DNA of 64,000 bases from Vulcanimicrobiota bacterium (GTDB taxonomy: Bacteria; Vulcanimicrobiota; Vulcanimicrobiia; Eremiobacterales; Eremiobacteraceae), in NCBI GenBank assembly GCA_963805945.1, contig CAWDVP010000003.1, forward strand, positions 128,001 to 192,000. The letters are read 5' to 3'. Made by a program: the position numbers and the translations under genes. The notes below the pieces were generated by a model. That model was not told the DNA's origin. It searched no databases and saw only the letters and a program-made list of their open reading frames with translations. This document shows, one piece after another, positions 9,452-18,118 of this stretch (within the stretch, counting starts at the first letter, position 1; each line of letters starts with the position of its first letter).

Positions 9452-10897
9452 CTAGAACCGCAGGCCCAGGCCGAGGTACGGACCCGAGTGCGAACGCGGG
9501 TACGTCTGGCCGTTCATCCCGGGACACGTGCTGGCCGGGTTGAGGCCCGAGCAGCTGACGATGTCAGTCGCTTGACCCTGCATGCGGTTGCCGCTGAAAC
9601 CGCCATACACGTAGATCGGCGAGTTACCGATGATGTACGAGACGCCGATGTCGTACTTGCTGATGCCGTACCGCTCGCGGTACTTGTTACCGAAGTTCGA
9701 ACTCATCGGATCGTTCACTTGGTACGTGCCGACCATGTTCGGGTAGTAGAAGTACGAACCGAACCACGTGAAGCCGCCCTTCGGATCGAGATTCGGCAGC
9801 GCCTCGAGACCGATGCCTTCACCTCTCAGCACCGGATACCCGTAGCTGGTGGTGAACTGGCCGTACGAGACGCCGACGCCCAGCCAAGGCCGCGCGATGG
9901 TGTACTCGGCACGGATGTCGACGTTCGCATCCTTGCCACGGAACGGCGGCGTGTAGCACATGCCGCCATCGATCGTGCTGAACACGGTCGTCGGATCACC
10001 GGGCAGTTGCGCACCGGGGCTCGCCTGCAGCGACGTGTGGCAGATCTGGTTCGGATCGTTCGGACCCGGCACCACGCCGTTGATGGTCGAATTGAACGTG
10101 TCCTGACGGAAGTCGATCTTCGCCGCGAACTCGCCCGCTTTGTAGGCGCCGGCGATGACGTAGGATCCACCGACGTCCTTCTGACCGGCCGCGAACTCGT
10201 TGTAGACGCGGCCTGACGTCAGACCGGCCTGCGCGAATCCGCGATAGACGAACGGCTTCGGCGTCGGTGTCGGCGGAAGCGTCGGCACTGGCGTCGGGGC
10301 GATCGTCGGCGGTGCGGTCGGGATCGGCGTCGGCGGGATGTAGCGCACCACAGCGATGCGGCGATCCGGCACCCACTGGACGTATGCGCCCAGGGCTTCG
10401 GACATCACGCGTATCGGCACGACGAGGACGCCCTTGTACATCTCGGGCGGCACGTCGAGCGGACGGGCCTCTCCGTTGATGACGGCTTCGGTCTTGCCGA
10501 GCGTCACTTGCACCGAGGCGCCCGGCTTCTGCGCCGTGACGGACTTGCTGGCAGCATCGTAGGTGACCTGAGCTCCCATTTCTTCGAACATGCTGCGCAG
10601 CGGCACCATGATGACGCCGTTCTTAACGATGACGGCAAGCACGCGGTTCTGCTTGAGCCGATCGGGATTGGCGTACACGTGGCGATCATTGTAAATTATC
10701 GGGATCTCACCTGACGGCGGTGAGCCGAAGTCAGCTATGGCGACCTGCGTGCCGGACGTTGCCAAAGTTGCCGTTCCGGACGCGATCGTCGCTTTGACCG
10801 CGGCAGCGTTGACAGCCGAACCGTCAGCGAAGCTGGGGGCGATCCCCGCGGCAACGAACAGCGTTGCTACGAAGGCCGCGACGTGGAGTTTTCTCAA
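9452..10897 (-). CDS. Copper amine oxidase N-terminal (stalk) domain + Pro/Thr linker + putative outer-membrane beta-barrel, paralog 1
   Basis: GGAGG RBS and TTG start (MRKLH); signal peptide; MVPLRSMFE.MGA.V.YD and VVPIRVMSEALGAYVQW stalk motifs; aromatic beta-rich C-terminal domain ending GLGLRF. Confidence 0.8.
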   Translation of the reverse strand: MRKLHVAAFVATLFVAAGIAPSFADGSAVNAAAVKATIASGTATLATSGTQVAIADFGSPPSGEIPIIYNDRHVYANPDRLKQNRVLAVIVKNGVIMVPLRSMFEEMGAQVTYDAASKSVTAQKPGASVQVTLGKTEAVINGEARPLDVPPEMYKGVLVVPIRVMSEALGAYVQWVPDRRIAVVRYIPPTPIPTAPPTIAPTPVPTLPPTPTPKPFVYRGFAQAGLTSGRVYNEFAAGQKDVGGSYVIAGAYKAGEFAAKIDFRQDTFNSTINGVVPGPNDPNQICHTSLQASPGAQLPGDPTTVFSTIDGGMCYTPPFRGKDANVDIRAEYTIARPWLGVGVSYGQFTTSYGYPVLRGEGIGLEALPNLDPKGGFTWFGSYFYYPNMVGTYQVNDPMSSNFGNKYRERYGISKYDIGVSYIIGNSPIYVYGGFSGNRMQGQATDIVSCSGLNPASTCPGMNGQTYPRSHSGPYLGLGLRF

Positions 10898-11164
10898 CCT
10901 GTTACCCTCCTGGCTCGAAAGTGAAATAATATCTTTGATCCCCGTCTTCGTTGCGCTGGCTCCGATCGACCCGGCACTTTTCATGCCGCCACGCCCGCGA
11001 ACGGGAGACACACACGACGTGTCCCCAAAAAAGCAACCCTCAACCACACGGAAGTCCGGTGAAGGCCGCATTATGGGACTTTTCCCGTGCAGAACAGCAA
11101 GCCCTCCAATAGCATGAGGCTTTGCCGTCGCCGGTTCTCTTTGCGGGACACCTGAGTTGAGCCG

Positions 11165-11206
11165 AAAAAAGAAGATGGCGGCGGCGTCATTGACGCCACC
11201 GCCATT
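11165..11206 (-). terminator. Rho-independent terminator of the 11229-12596 gene
   Basis: Stem ATGGCGGCGGCGTCA / TGACGCCACCGCCAT followed on the minus strand by CTTCTTTTTT. Confidence 0.8.
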
Positions 11207-11228
11207 TCGGCGATTCGGGTTTTCCGCT

Positions 11229-12596
11229 CTAGAAGCGGAAGCCGAGGCCGACGTAGGGACCGGAGTGGGTCTGGTTGATCGGCGCGGCGTTGGTATGGAC
11301 CATCACGTCGCCGCCCCAGCCGCCGTACAGATACACCGGAATCGTCTTGCTGAACGATAGGGTGAGTCCGACGTCGTAGTTCTGCTGCCGATACGTCTGG
11401 CGGTATGTCGTGTTGAAGTTCGGGCTGTTCGGGTCGTTGACCGTGTAGTTGGCGCCCATGCTCGGGTAGTAGAAGTAGGATCCGTACACGCTGAACGTGT
11501 TCTGCAGATCAGGCAGTTTCTCGAGGCCGAAGCCAAAGCCGTTGAGCTTCGGATAGCCGTAGTTGGTCGCATCGCCATCGTAGCCGACACCGATGTAGAT
11601 GTGCGGATTGGCGACCATGTATTCCAAGCGTGCCTCACCGACGGTTTGGCGCGCCTTGAACTGCGGCACGTAGCACTGCCCGCCGTCGATCGTGTTGAAG
11701 ATCGTCACGGGAGTGCCCGGCAGCGACGGGTTCGGCGATAGCGACGGGTTGCAGATCTGGTTGGGATCTGTGAGCAGCGGCACCGTGCCGTTGACCGTCG
11801 TGTTGTACTGGTCGGAGATGAGTCCGGCCTTGATGGCGAACTTGTCGAACAGCAGCGCGCCGGAGTACTGGTAGCTTCCGGTCGTCGTCGCTTGCGCGGC
11901 GAATTCGTTGGAGACGCGGTGGAAGGTGTACGCTCCCTGGACGAATCCGGTGTACGACGGAGCGGCCGGGGCCGGCGTCGGCGTCGGAGTCGGGGCGGGT
12001 GTTGACGGCGGCGGCGGCGGAGCCGTCGGCGGCGGTGTCGGGATCGGCGTCGGCGGGATGTAGCGCACTACGGCGACGCGGCGATCCGGCACCCACTGGA
12101 CATATGCGCCCAGGGCTTCGGACATCACGCGCACGGGCACGACGACGGCGCCTTTGTAGATCTCAGCCGGCACGTCGAGCGGACGGGCCTCGCCGTTGAT
12201 CGTGGCTTCGGCCTTGCCGACCGTCACCTGGACCGAGGCGCCTGGCTTTTGGGCGGTCGCGGTCTTGCTCGCGGCATCCCAGGTCACCGAAGCACCCATG
12301 GCTTCGAACATGCTGCGCAACGGCACCAAAATCGTGCCATCCTTGACCAGCGCTGCGAGAACGCGGTTCTGCTTGAGCCGGTCGGGATTCGCATAGACGT
12401 GATGGTCGTTATAGAGGATGGGAATTTCGCCCGACGGCGGAGAGCCGAAGTTCATGGGTGCCATGGCATCGGCGACACGCACGCTCGGGGCGGCGAAGGC
12501 CTGACCGTGGGTGTCCGCCATACTCGGCCCTGCCGAGAAGGCGAACGCCGCCACGGCAAGAGCCGCGACCGCGAAACCAGTGTGCAATTTCTTCAA
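11229..12596 (-). CDS. Copper amine oxidase N-terminal (stalk) domain + Pro/Thr linker + putative outer-membrane beta-barrel, paralog 2
   Basis: AGGAGG RBS and TTG start (MKKLH); stalk domain highly similar to paralog 1; ends GLGFRF. Confidence 0.8.
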   Translation of the reverse strand: MKKLHTGFAVAALAVAAFAFSAGPSMADTHGQAFAAPSVRVADAMAPMNFGSPPSGEIPILYNDHHVYANPDRLKQNRVLAALVKDGTILVPLRSMFEAMGASVTWDAASKTATAQKPGASVQVTVGKAEATINGEARPLDVPAEIYKGAVVVPVRVMSEALGAYVQWVPDRRVAVVRYIPPTPIPTPPPTAPPPPPSTPAPTPTPTPAPAAPSYTGFVQGAYTFHRVSNEFAAQATTTGSYQYSGALLFDKFAIKAGLISDQYNTTVNGTVPLLTDPNQICNPSLSPNPSLPGTPVTIFNTIDGGQCYVPQFKARQTVGEARLEYMVANPHIYIGVGYDGDATNYGYPKLNGFGFGLEKLPDLQNTFSVYGSYFYYPSMGANYTVNDPNSPNFNTTYRQTYRQQNYDVGLTLSFSKTIPVYLYGGWGGDVMVHTNAAPINQTHSGPYVGLGFRF

Positions 12597-12657
12597 AACG
12601 GATCCTCCTAAGATTTCTTCGAAAACGACCCTGGCGGTCGCCAGTGCCGAAAAACTG

Positions 12658-12686
12658 ATTATACCCAACGCGCTTGGGCTTTTCAC
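12658..12686 (-). promoter_or_regulatory. Sigma70-type promoter of paralog 2
   Basis: Minus strand GTGAAA-N17-TATAAT; the spacer contains an inverted repeat CCCAA..TTGGG. Confidence 0.7.
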
Positions 12687-12900
12687 GAGCTTCCGCCATT
12701 CTGCTGAGACGTGTCCCGCGAGTGGCTTCGGTGTGGGGCGCTGGCAGCGGCGCGGTGCGGTCCCATACCCCTCCTGGCTTCCTCTGATTCCTCCTCAATC
12801 CCTCCGGCAGTGGGGCTTTCCGGTCACGCGACGAGACATTAATAGCATGGCTCACGCACGGGCGGACAGCACAAGCCGCAGCGCGAAACGCGAGCGTATT

Positions 12901-13680
12901 ATGCCCGAAGTGACCGTGCGCGTGACGCTCCTCGAGAAGTCACCGTCTCCCACCGCGATGACTGCGACCGCCGCTCGCACGTGCTATTCGGCCAACGCGC
13001 CGGACGCGATCGTGGAGCGCTGGCGCACCCAGCCTGAAGATATGATTAAGACGGTGGATCGGGTGCGCATCGCGGGCCATCACTCGACGCTCGAGCACAA
13101 TATCTACGTGTTCGGCGTCACCGGCCTCTCGCGCGCGGCATCGCATCAGCTGGTGCGTCACCGCCATCTGCAATTCGATCAGCAAAGCCAACGCTATCTC
13201 GCGTTCAAGAACGCCGAGTTCCCGTTCGTCAAGCCCAAACGCATCGCGTCGCTGCCCGAGGTGTCCGCCAGATTCGACGCGCTCATGCACGAGGCCGGGT
13301 TGGCGTATCAGGCGATGCTTGCCGCCGGCATCCCAAGCGAAGACGCGCGCTTCGTGCTGCCGAACGCGACCGCGAGCCAGCTGGTGGTGTCGGGCAACGC
13401 ACGCGCATGGTATGAGTTCCTCACGTTGCGCACGTGCAACATGGCGCAATGGGAGATCCGCGAGATGTCGTTCCAGGTGCTGCGCGTCCTCAAGCGCGAG
13501 GACCCGGTGCTGTTCAAGGATGCGGGCGCGACATGCGTGCGAGGATTTTGCCACGAACCGCAAGGCCCGAGCTGCCCGCGTTACATCGCGGTGGCGAAGG
13601 CGCAGATCAAAGAAGCGGAAGGCGCGCAGCGCTGGCTCACGGCCAGTGCGGATAAGAAGAACGCGAAGACGGTCGAATAG
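12901..13680 (+). CDS. thyX: FAD-dependent thymidylate synthase
   Basis: GHHSTLEH; signature RHR-x7-S (RHRHLQFDQQSQRY); EDARFVLP; AQWEIR. Confidence 0.95.
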   Translation: MPEVTVRVTLLEKSPSPTAMTATAARTCYSANAPDAIVERWRTQPEDMIKTVDRVRIAGHHSTLEHNIYVFGVTGLSRAASHQLVRHRHLQFDQQSQRYLAFKNAEFPFVKPKRIASLPEVSARFDALMHEAGLAYQAMLAAGIPSEDARFVLPNATASQLVVSGNARAWYEFLTLRTCNMAQWEIREMSFQVLRVLKREDPVLFKDAGATCVRGFCHEPQGPSCPRYIAVAKAQIKEAEGAQRWLTASADKKNAKTVE

Positions 13681-13714
13681 GCTCGAGGGTCGATCTAAAG
13701 ATCGACCCCTACAT
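13670..13714 (-). repeat. Composite REP (GTAG hairpin plus partial second hairpin) between convergent genes
   Basis: CGGTCGAATAGGCTCGA-GGGTCGATC-TAAA-GATCGACCC-CTACAT; near-identical to 32273-32317. Confidence 0.9.
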
Positions 13715-14248
13715 AATCGTCCGCAGGTCGGCGTCGAGCATCTCCGGCGTCAGCTGCCCCACGTGCACCGCGCGCAGTACGCCGCCCGCGTCGATGAACA
13801 ACGTGGCGGGGATCGCGTTGACGCCGTACACCTCGACGGCGGGTCCGGTGTCGATCACGATCGGATATGTGACGCCGTGCGCGGCCGCGAAAGCGCGCAC
13901 CTCATGCGGGCCTTCTTGTTGATCCACGCCGAGCACCGTGAGACCGCTGGCTCTCGCGGCGACATAGCGCGACTCGACGAGCGGCAGTTCCGCTTTGCAC
14001 GGCTCGCACCACGTCGCGAAGAAATTGACGACGAGCGGCCGGCCGAAGAACGTGCTCAGCCGGCGCGCGTGTCCATCGAGCGTCACCAGCGAGACATCGG
14101 GCGCGGGCGCGCCGATGGCGGCACGGCCGTACGTGACCCCGGTGCCCGCGCGGAAACGCACGAGATCGACATAGAGAAGCGCGGCGGCGAGGCAGAAGAG
14201 CACCGCCACCACGATCCATCCCAGGCGATAGCGAGCATCGACGTTCAT
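13709..14248 (-). CDS. TlpA/ResA-family thiol-disulfide oxidoreductase
   Basis: N-terminal TM helix; VVNFFATWCEPCKAELP; IPATLFID. Confidence 0.92.
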   Translation of the reverse strand: MNVDARYRLGWIVVAVLFCLAAALLYVDLVRFRAGTGVTYGRAAIGAPAPDVSLVTLDGHARRLSTFFGRPLVVNFFATWCEPCKAELPLVESRYVAARASGLTVLGVDQQEGPHEVRAFAAAHGVTYPIVIDTGPAVEVYGVNAIPATLFIDAGGVLRAVHVGQLTPEMLDADLRTIM

Positions 14249-14375
14249 GGGACGGCGGATTCGACGCAGGCGCGGACGATTCCGTGTGACGGAAGACCAC
14301 GACCGCACAAAGTTCGCATATTCGATTGTTGACTATATAAAGGATGGCGGCCGGCGCGGACGGAAGGCGCCGCGC

Positions 14376-14879
14376 ATGGCCATCAACGCAGCGCGCACGC
14401 GCGCGACGGGTCGGAGCGGCGCCGCGAAGCGCGCCGTCAACGGCGCGCACGCCCCGGGTTCTGATGCCTGGCGCCTCATGATCGAGTTCTTCCAATCGCA
14501 ACGCCATCATTTCGAGCGCGCCGCCGCCTCCTTCGACCTCACCAAACAGCAGTCGCACGCGCTGCACGTCCTCACCAACGACGGACCGCGCTCCATGAGC
14601 GAGCTCGCCGAGATCCTCGCGTGCGATGCGTCCAACGTCACCGGTCTGATCGACCGGCTCGAGGCCCGCGAACTCGTCGAGCGGCACAGCGTGCCCAACG
14701 ATCGCCGCATGCGCATGCTGGCGGTGACGCCCGCCGGCGCCCGCCTGTATCGCAGGCTCGCTGCGCGGGTCGCCGAAGCGCCGCCGGCCATCGCCGCTTT
14801 GCCGCAGGAAGAGCAGCGGCAACTGCGGGGCATGCTGATCCGCTTGCTGCAGCAGACCCGCCGAGCGAGCGCATCGTGA
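14376..14879 (+). CDS. MarR family transcriptional regulator
   Basis: SMSELAEILACDASNVTGLIDRLE..LVER...DRR winged-helix signature. Confidence 0.92.
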   Translation: MAINAARTRATGRSGAAKRAVNGAHAPGSDAWRLMIEFFQSQRHHFERAAASFDLTKQQSHALHVLTNDGPRSMSELAEILACDASNVTGLIDRLEARELVERHSVPNDRRMRMLAVTPAGARLYRRLAARVAEAPPAIAALPQEEQRQLRGMLIRLLQQTRRASAS

Positions 14880-14965
14880 GGGAGAAACTTCGCCCCGGCG
14901 CTGGAGGTATCGGAAGGGTAACGCCTTCCACGGCAAACCTCAGACGAAAGGACTATGCTTTTCCG

Positions 14966-16210
14966 ATGAACGTCCGCAACTGGCGCATGGCCATGGCGTG
15001 CGTCGCCATGGCGGCGACGATCGCGTCGCTCGCCGCATGTTCCAAAGGAGACCAGCAGAAGAAGGCCCCCGCCCTCCCCGTCTCCGCGATCGCCGCGAAA
15101 CGCAGCGACATCACGCAGACCTTCTCCCTCACCGGCGTGGTCGCGCCGCGCCAGCAGGCGGTGCTCTCGTCGGTCGCCTCCGGCGAAGTGCAAGACGTCT
15201 ACGTCCACCTCGGGCAGCACGTGACCGCCGGCCAGCCGCTGGTCCGGATCGATTCCGCCGTCTTGCAGGCGCAAGCCGCGCAGGCGGCCGCGCATCTCGC
15301 GTCGGTGCAGGCGACGAGCACCGGCGGCGACGCGACCACGAAAGCCAACCTCGTCTCGGCGAAGGTCGCCTACGGCAACGCCGAGTCGAACCTCCACCGA
15401 AACCAAGCGCTCTTCAAGCAAGGCTACGTGAGTCAGACGGCGCTCGATCAAGCGCAGAACGAAGCGGCCGTCGCCGAATCAGCGTACGAGGCGGCGCAGG
15501 TCGCCGCCCAAAACGCCAGCATGCAATCGGGCGACAGCACCGCCAAGGCGGAGCTGGCGAGCGCGCGAGCGCTGCTCGACGCCGTCAATATGCAGATCGC
15601 GCAGACGAACGTCTCCGCGCCGTTCGACGGCATCGTCACCGCGCGCAGCGTCGACCGCGGCGCGCTTGCCAGTCCGGGCACGGCGCTCGTCACCGTCTCG
15701 CAGCTCGACCCTGCGTGGGTGAACGTCGGCATCCCGGATGACAATCTCGCCTTCGTCAAGACCGGCACGCCGGTGGACATCACGGTCGACACGATGCCTG
15801 GCCGCGTCTGGCATGCCCACGTCGACGTGGTCAACGCGGCCGCCTCCGCCGGCACGCTGAGCTACCTCACGCACATCGTCGTCCCCAATCCGGACACGAC
15901 GCTGCGCGGCGGCATGGTCGCCAACGTGCGCTTCCAGCAGGCGACGCATCGCGACGTCGTCGTCGTGCCGCGCGTGGCGGTGTTCCAGACCGAAGCAGGC
16001 AATGCGTTGTACGTAGTGGTGGACGGCAAGGCGAAGTCGGTGCCGGTGAAGACCGGCCTGCAGACCCAAGACATGGTCGAGGTGTCCGGCATCGAGCCGG
16101 GCGCGCAGGTCATCACGCAGCGGCCGGACTCGTTGCAGGACGGCTCCGTCGTCAGCGTGGTAGCTACCCAGGACGGCCCCGCACCATCTGCATCGCGGAC
16201 ATCGCAATGA
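14966..16210 (+). CDS. Efflux periplasmic adaptor (membrane fusion protein), lipoprotein
   Basis: Lipobox LAAC; V..GQPLVRID; helical hairpin; APFDGIV; LRGGM; VKTGL. Confidence 0.92.
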   Translation: MNVRNWRMAMACVAMAATIASLAACSKGDQQKKAPALPVSAIAAKRSDITQTFSLTGVVAPRQQAVLSSVASGEVQDVYVHLGQHVTAGQPLVRIDSAVLQAQAAQAAAHLASVQATSTGGDATTKANLVSAKVAYGNAESNLHRNQALFKQGYVSQTALDQAQNEAAVAESAYEAAQVAAQNASMQSGDSTAKAELASARALLDAVNMQIAQTNVSAPFDGIVTARSVDRGALASPGTALVTVSQLDPAWVNVGIPDDNLAFVKTGTPVDITVDTMPGRVWHAHVDVVNAAASAGTLSYLTHIVVPNPDTTLRGGMVANVRFQQATHRDVVVVPRVAVFQTEAGNALYVVVDGKAKSVPVKTGLQTQDMVEVSGIEPGAQVITQRPDSLQDGSVVSVVATQDGPAPSASRTSQ

Positions 16211-16244
16211 ACAGCGGACACACACGACGAGTAGAGGAGAGAGT

Positions 16245-17654
16245 ATGACCTGGCGCATCGCCACATGGTGCTTTGTTCTGATGATCGCTGCGACCGGGCG
16301 GTCGTATGCGGCTGCGGTGCCGACCATGGCGCCGCTGCCGACCCCGACGCCGTACGCGACGGCGACGCCGATGCCGGGCGGCGCCTCCATCGCCGGCTCG
16401 CCTGCGCCGCTGACGCTGCAACAGGCGAAGATGATCGCGGTCAAGCAATCGCCGACGCTCGAGCTCGCGCGCGCCTCGCTCGATCTCGCGGGCGGCACGC
16501 TCGAAGTCGCCAACAGCGCGGCATATCCGAACATCAGCGCCTCGGGCAACGCCGGCCGCACAAAAGGCAACATCAGGGCCGGCGCGGTCGGCAGCGCCAC
16601 CTCAGCCTTGTTCACCTCCAACAACATCAGCGCGAACATCAGCCAGCTCATCTTCGACGCCGGCAACACGTACGCGAAGATCAGCAGCGCGAAGCACAGC
16701 GAGAACGCCGCGCGCTTGAACGCGCTGCATTCGGTGGACACCGTGCTGTTCAACGTCGCGCAGGCGTTCTACACGGCGCTGCAAGCGCGCTTCCTCTACG
16801 AGTCGGCGATCGAAGCCCGCAAACTCGCCGAGGTCCAGGAGCAGCTCGTCGAAGCGCAATTCAAAGCGGGCGTCGCCTCGAGGGCCGACGTCCTCACGGC
16901 GCAGCTGCCGGTGGCGCAGGCGCGCCTTGCGGAAGTCCAAGCGGCCAACGGCGAGCAGTCCAATATCGCCGCGCTCCTCAACACCATGGGGCTGCCATCC
17001 GACACGCCGGTGACGCTCGTCGCGCAGCCGGCGCAGACGGTGCCGGTGATGCCGACATACGCCAGCGTCGAGGCGATCGCCGCGGCGCAGCGCACCGACC
17101 TCCAGGCGGCCAATGAGTCGTTCACCGCGGCATCGCGCCTCGTGCGGGCCGCGCGAGCCGCGAAGTATCCGAAACTCGTGGCGACGGGCAGCATCGGCAG
17201 CGCAACGACCGGTCAAGACGGCGCCGGGAACTTCGCCACCAACGGCGGCAACTACACGAGCACGTACAATTTCGGCGTGGCGCTGACGATGCCGATCTTC
17301 GATAGCGGCTTCACCAACGGCGAGGTCGCGATCGCGGAGGCGAACGAGCGGAGCGCGCAAGCGAATCTCACCACCACCCAGCTCAACGTGTCGCTCACCG
17401 TGCGCCAAGCGTACTTGGCCGCACAGACGGCGATCCAAGGCGTCGGCGCGGCGAAGGTAGAGCTGGATCAGGCGCAGACCGTGCTCGACGTCACCAACGC
17501 GCAGTTCAAAGCCGGCGTGACGACGCTGCCGCTGCTGCTCAACGCGCAGGTCGGCCTGACGAAGGCGCGCTCGGACTACATCAACGCGCTGTTCGCCGCC
17601 TACACCGCGGAGCAAAGCCTGTTCTTGGCCGAGGGCGTCATCTCGGCGCGTTGA
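16245..17654 (+). CDS. TolC-family outer membrane efflux protein
   Basis: Two OEP repeats (AYP.IS..., KYPKL..., LTMPIFDSG, QFKAGV). Confidence 0.92.
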   Translation: MTWRIATWCFVLMIAATGRSYAAAVPTMAPLPTPTPYATATPMPGGASIAGSPAPLTLQQAKMIAVKQSPTLELARASLDLAGGTLEVANSAAYPNISASGNAGRTKGNIRAGAVGSATSALFTSNNISANISQLIFDAGNTYAKISSAKHSENAARLNALHSVDTVLFNVAQAFYTALQARFLYESAIEARKLAEVQEQLVEAQFKAGVASRADVLTAQLPVAQARLAEVQAANGEQSNIAALLNTMGLPSDTPVTLVAQPAQTVPVMPTYASVEAIAAAQRTDLQAANESFTAASRLVRAARAAKYPKLVATGSIGSATTGQDGAGNFATNGGNYTSTYNFGVALTMPIFDSGFTNGEVAIAEANERSAQANLTTTQLNVSLTVRQAYLAAQTAIQGVGAAKVELDQAQTVLDVTNAQFKAGVTTLPLLLNAQVGLTKARSDYINALFAAYTAEQSLFLAEGVISAR

Positions 17655-17725
17655 CGCCGATGATGCGCGCTCGCCCGCGCGGACGCGCAAAGGGCGCGCC
17701 AGCGCGCGGCGAGAACGGGTCAGGC

Positions 17726-18118
17726 ATGCACCGGATGAACGGCCGTGCGCTCGTCGTCGCGGTCCTTATGCTGGCGACGGCCGGTCTGACGGCCTGTCAA
17801 GAACATACGAATTCGCCCGTCGTCACCATCAACATACGCGGCGACCGGGGCGAGAACTCGTTCGCGCCCGGCAACGTCTCGGTCAATATGGGGACGCTCA
17901 TCACATGGGTCAACCAGGATTCGCAGCCGCACACGGTCACCTCGCCCGGCGCTTTCGATTCGGGGCCGATCGCGCCCAACGGCGGCCGCTGGTCGTGGGT
18001 GGCGCATCTGCCCGGCACGTGGACCTACACGAGTCTCACCAATCCGAACATGAGCGGCTCGATCACCATCGTCGTGCCGGGGCCGCAAGCAGCGCAGCCG
18101 CCGCCCGCGTCGCAGTAG
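17726..18118 (+). CDS. Cupredoxin (plastocyanin-like) fold lipoprotein with degenerate Cu ligands
   Basis: Lipobox LTAC; F.P....V..G..ITWVNQDSQPHTVT; PGTWTYTSLTNPNMSGSI. Confidence 0.75.
   Translation: MHRMNGRALVVAVLMLATAGLTACQEHTNSPVVTINIRGDRGENSFAPGNVSVNMGTLITWVNQDSQPHTVTSPGAFDSGPIAPNGGRWSWVAHLPGTWTYTSLTNPNMSGSITIVVPGPQAAQPPPASQ

Noticed and set aside
10898..11160. Possible known riboswitch in the long leader
   Set aside because: I could not match conserved cores of c-di-GMP, TPP, SAM, cobalamin or FMN aptamers by eye; an Rfam search is needed.
12511..12900. N-terminal extension of thyX in the ORF track
   Set aside because: It overlaps the divergent gene and its promoter; ThyX similarity starts at the ATG at 12901.
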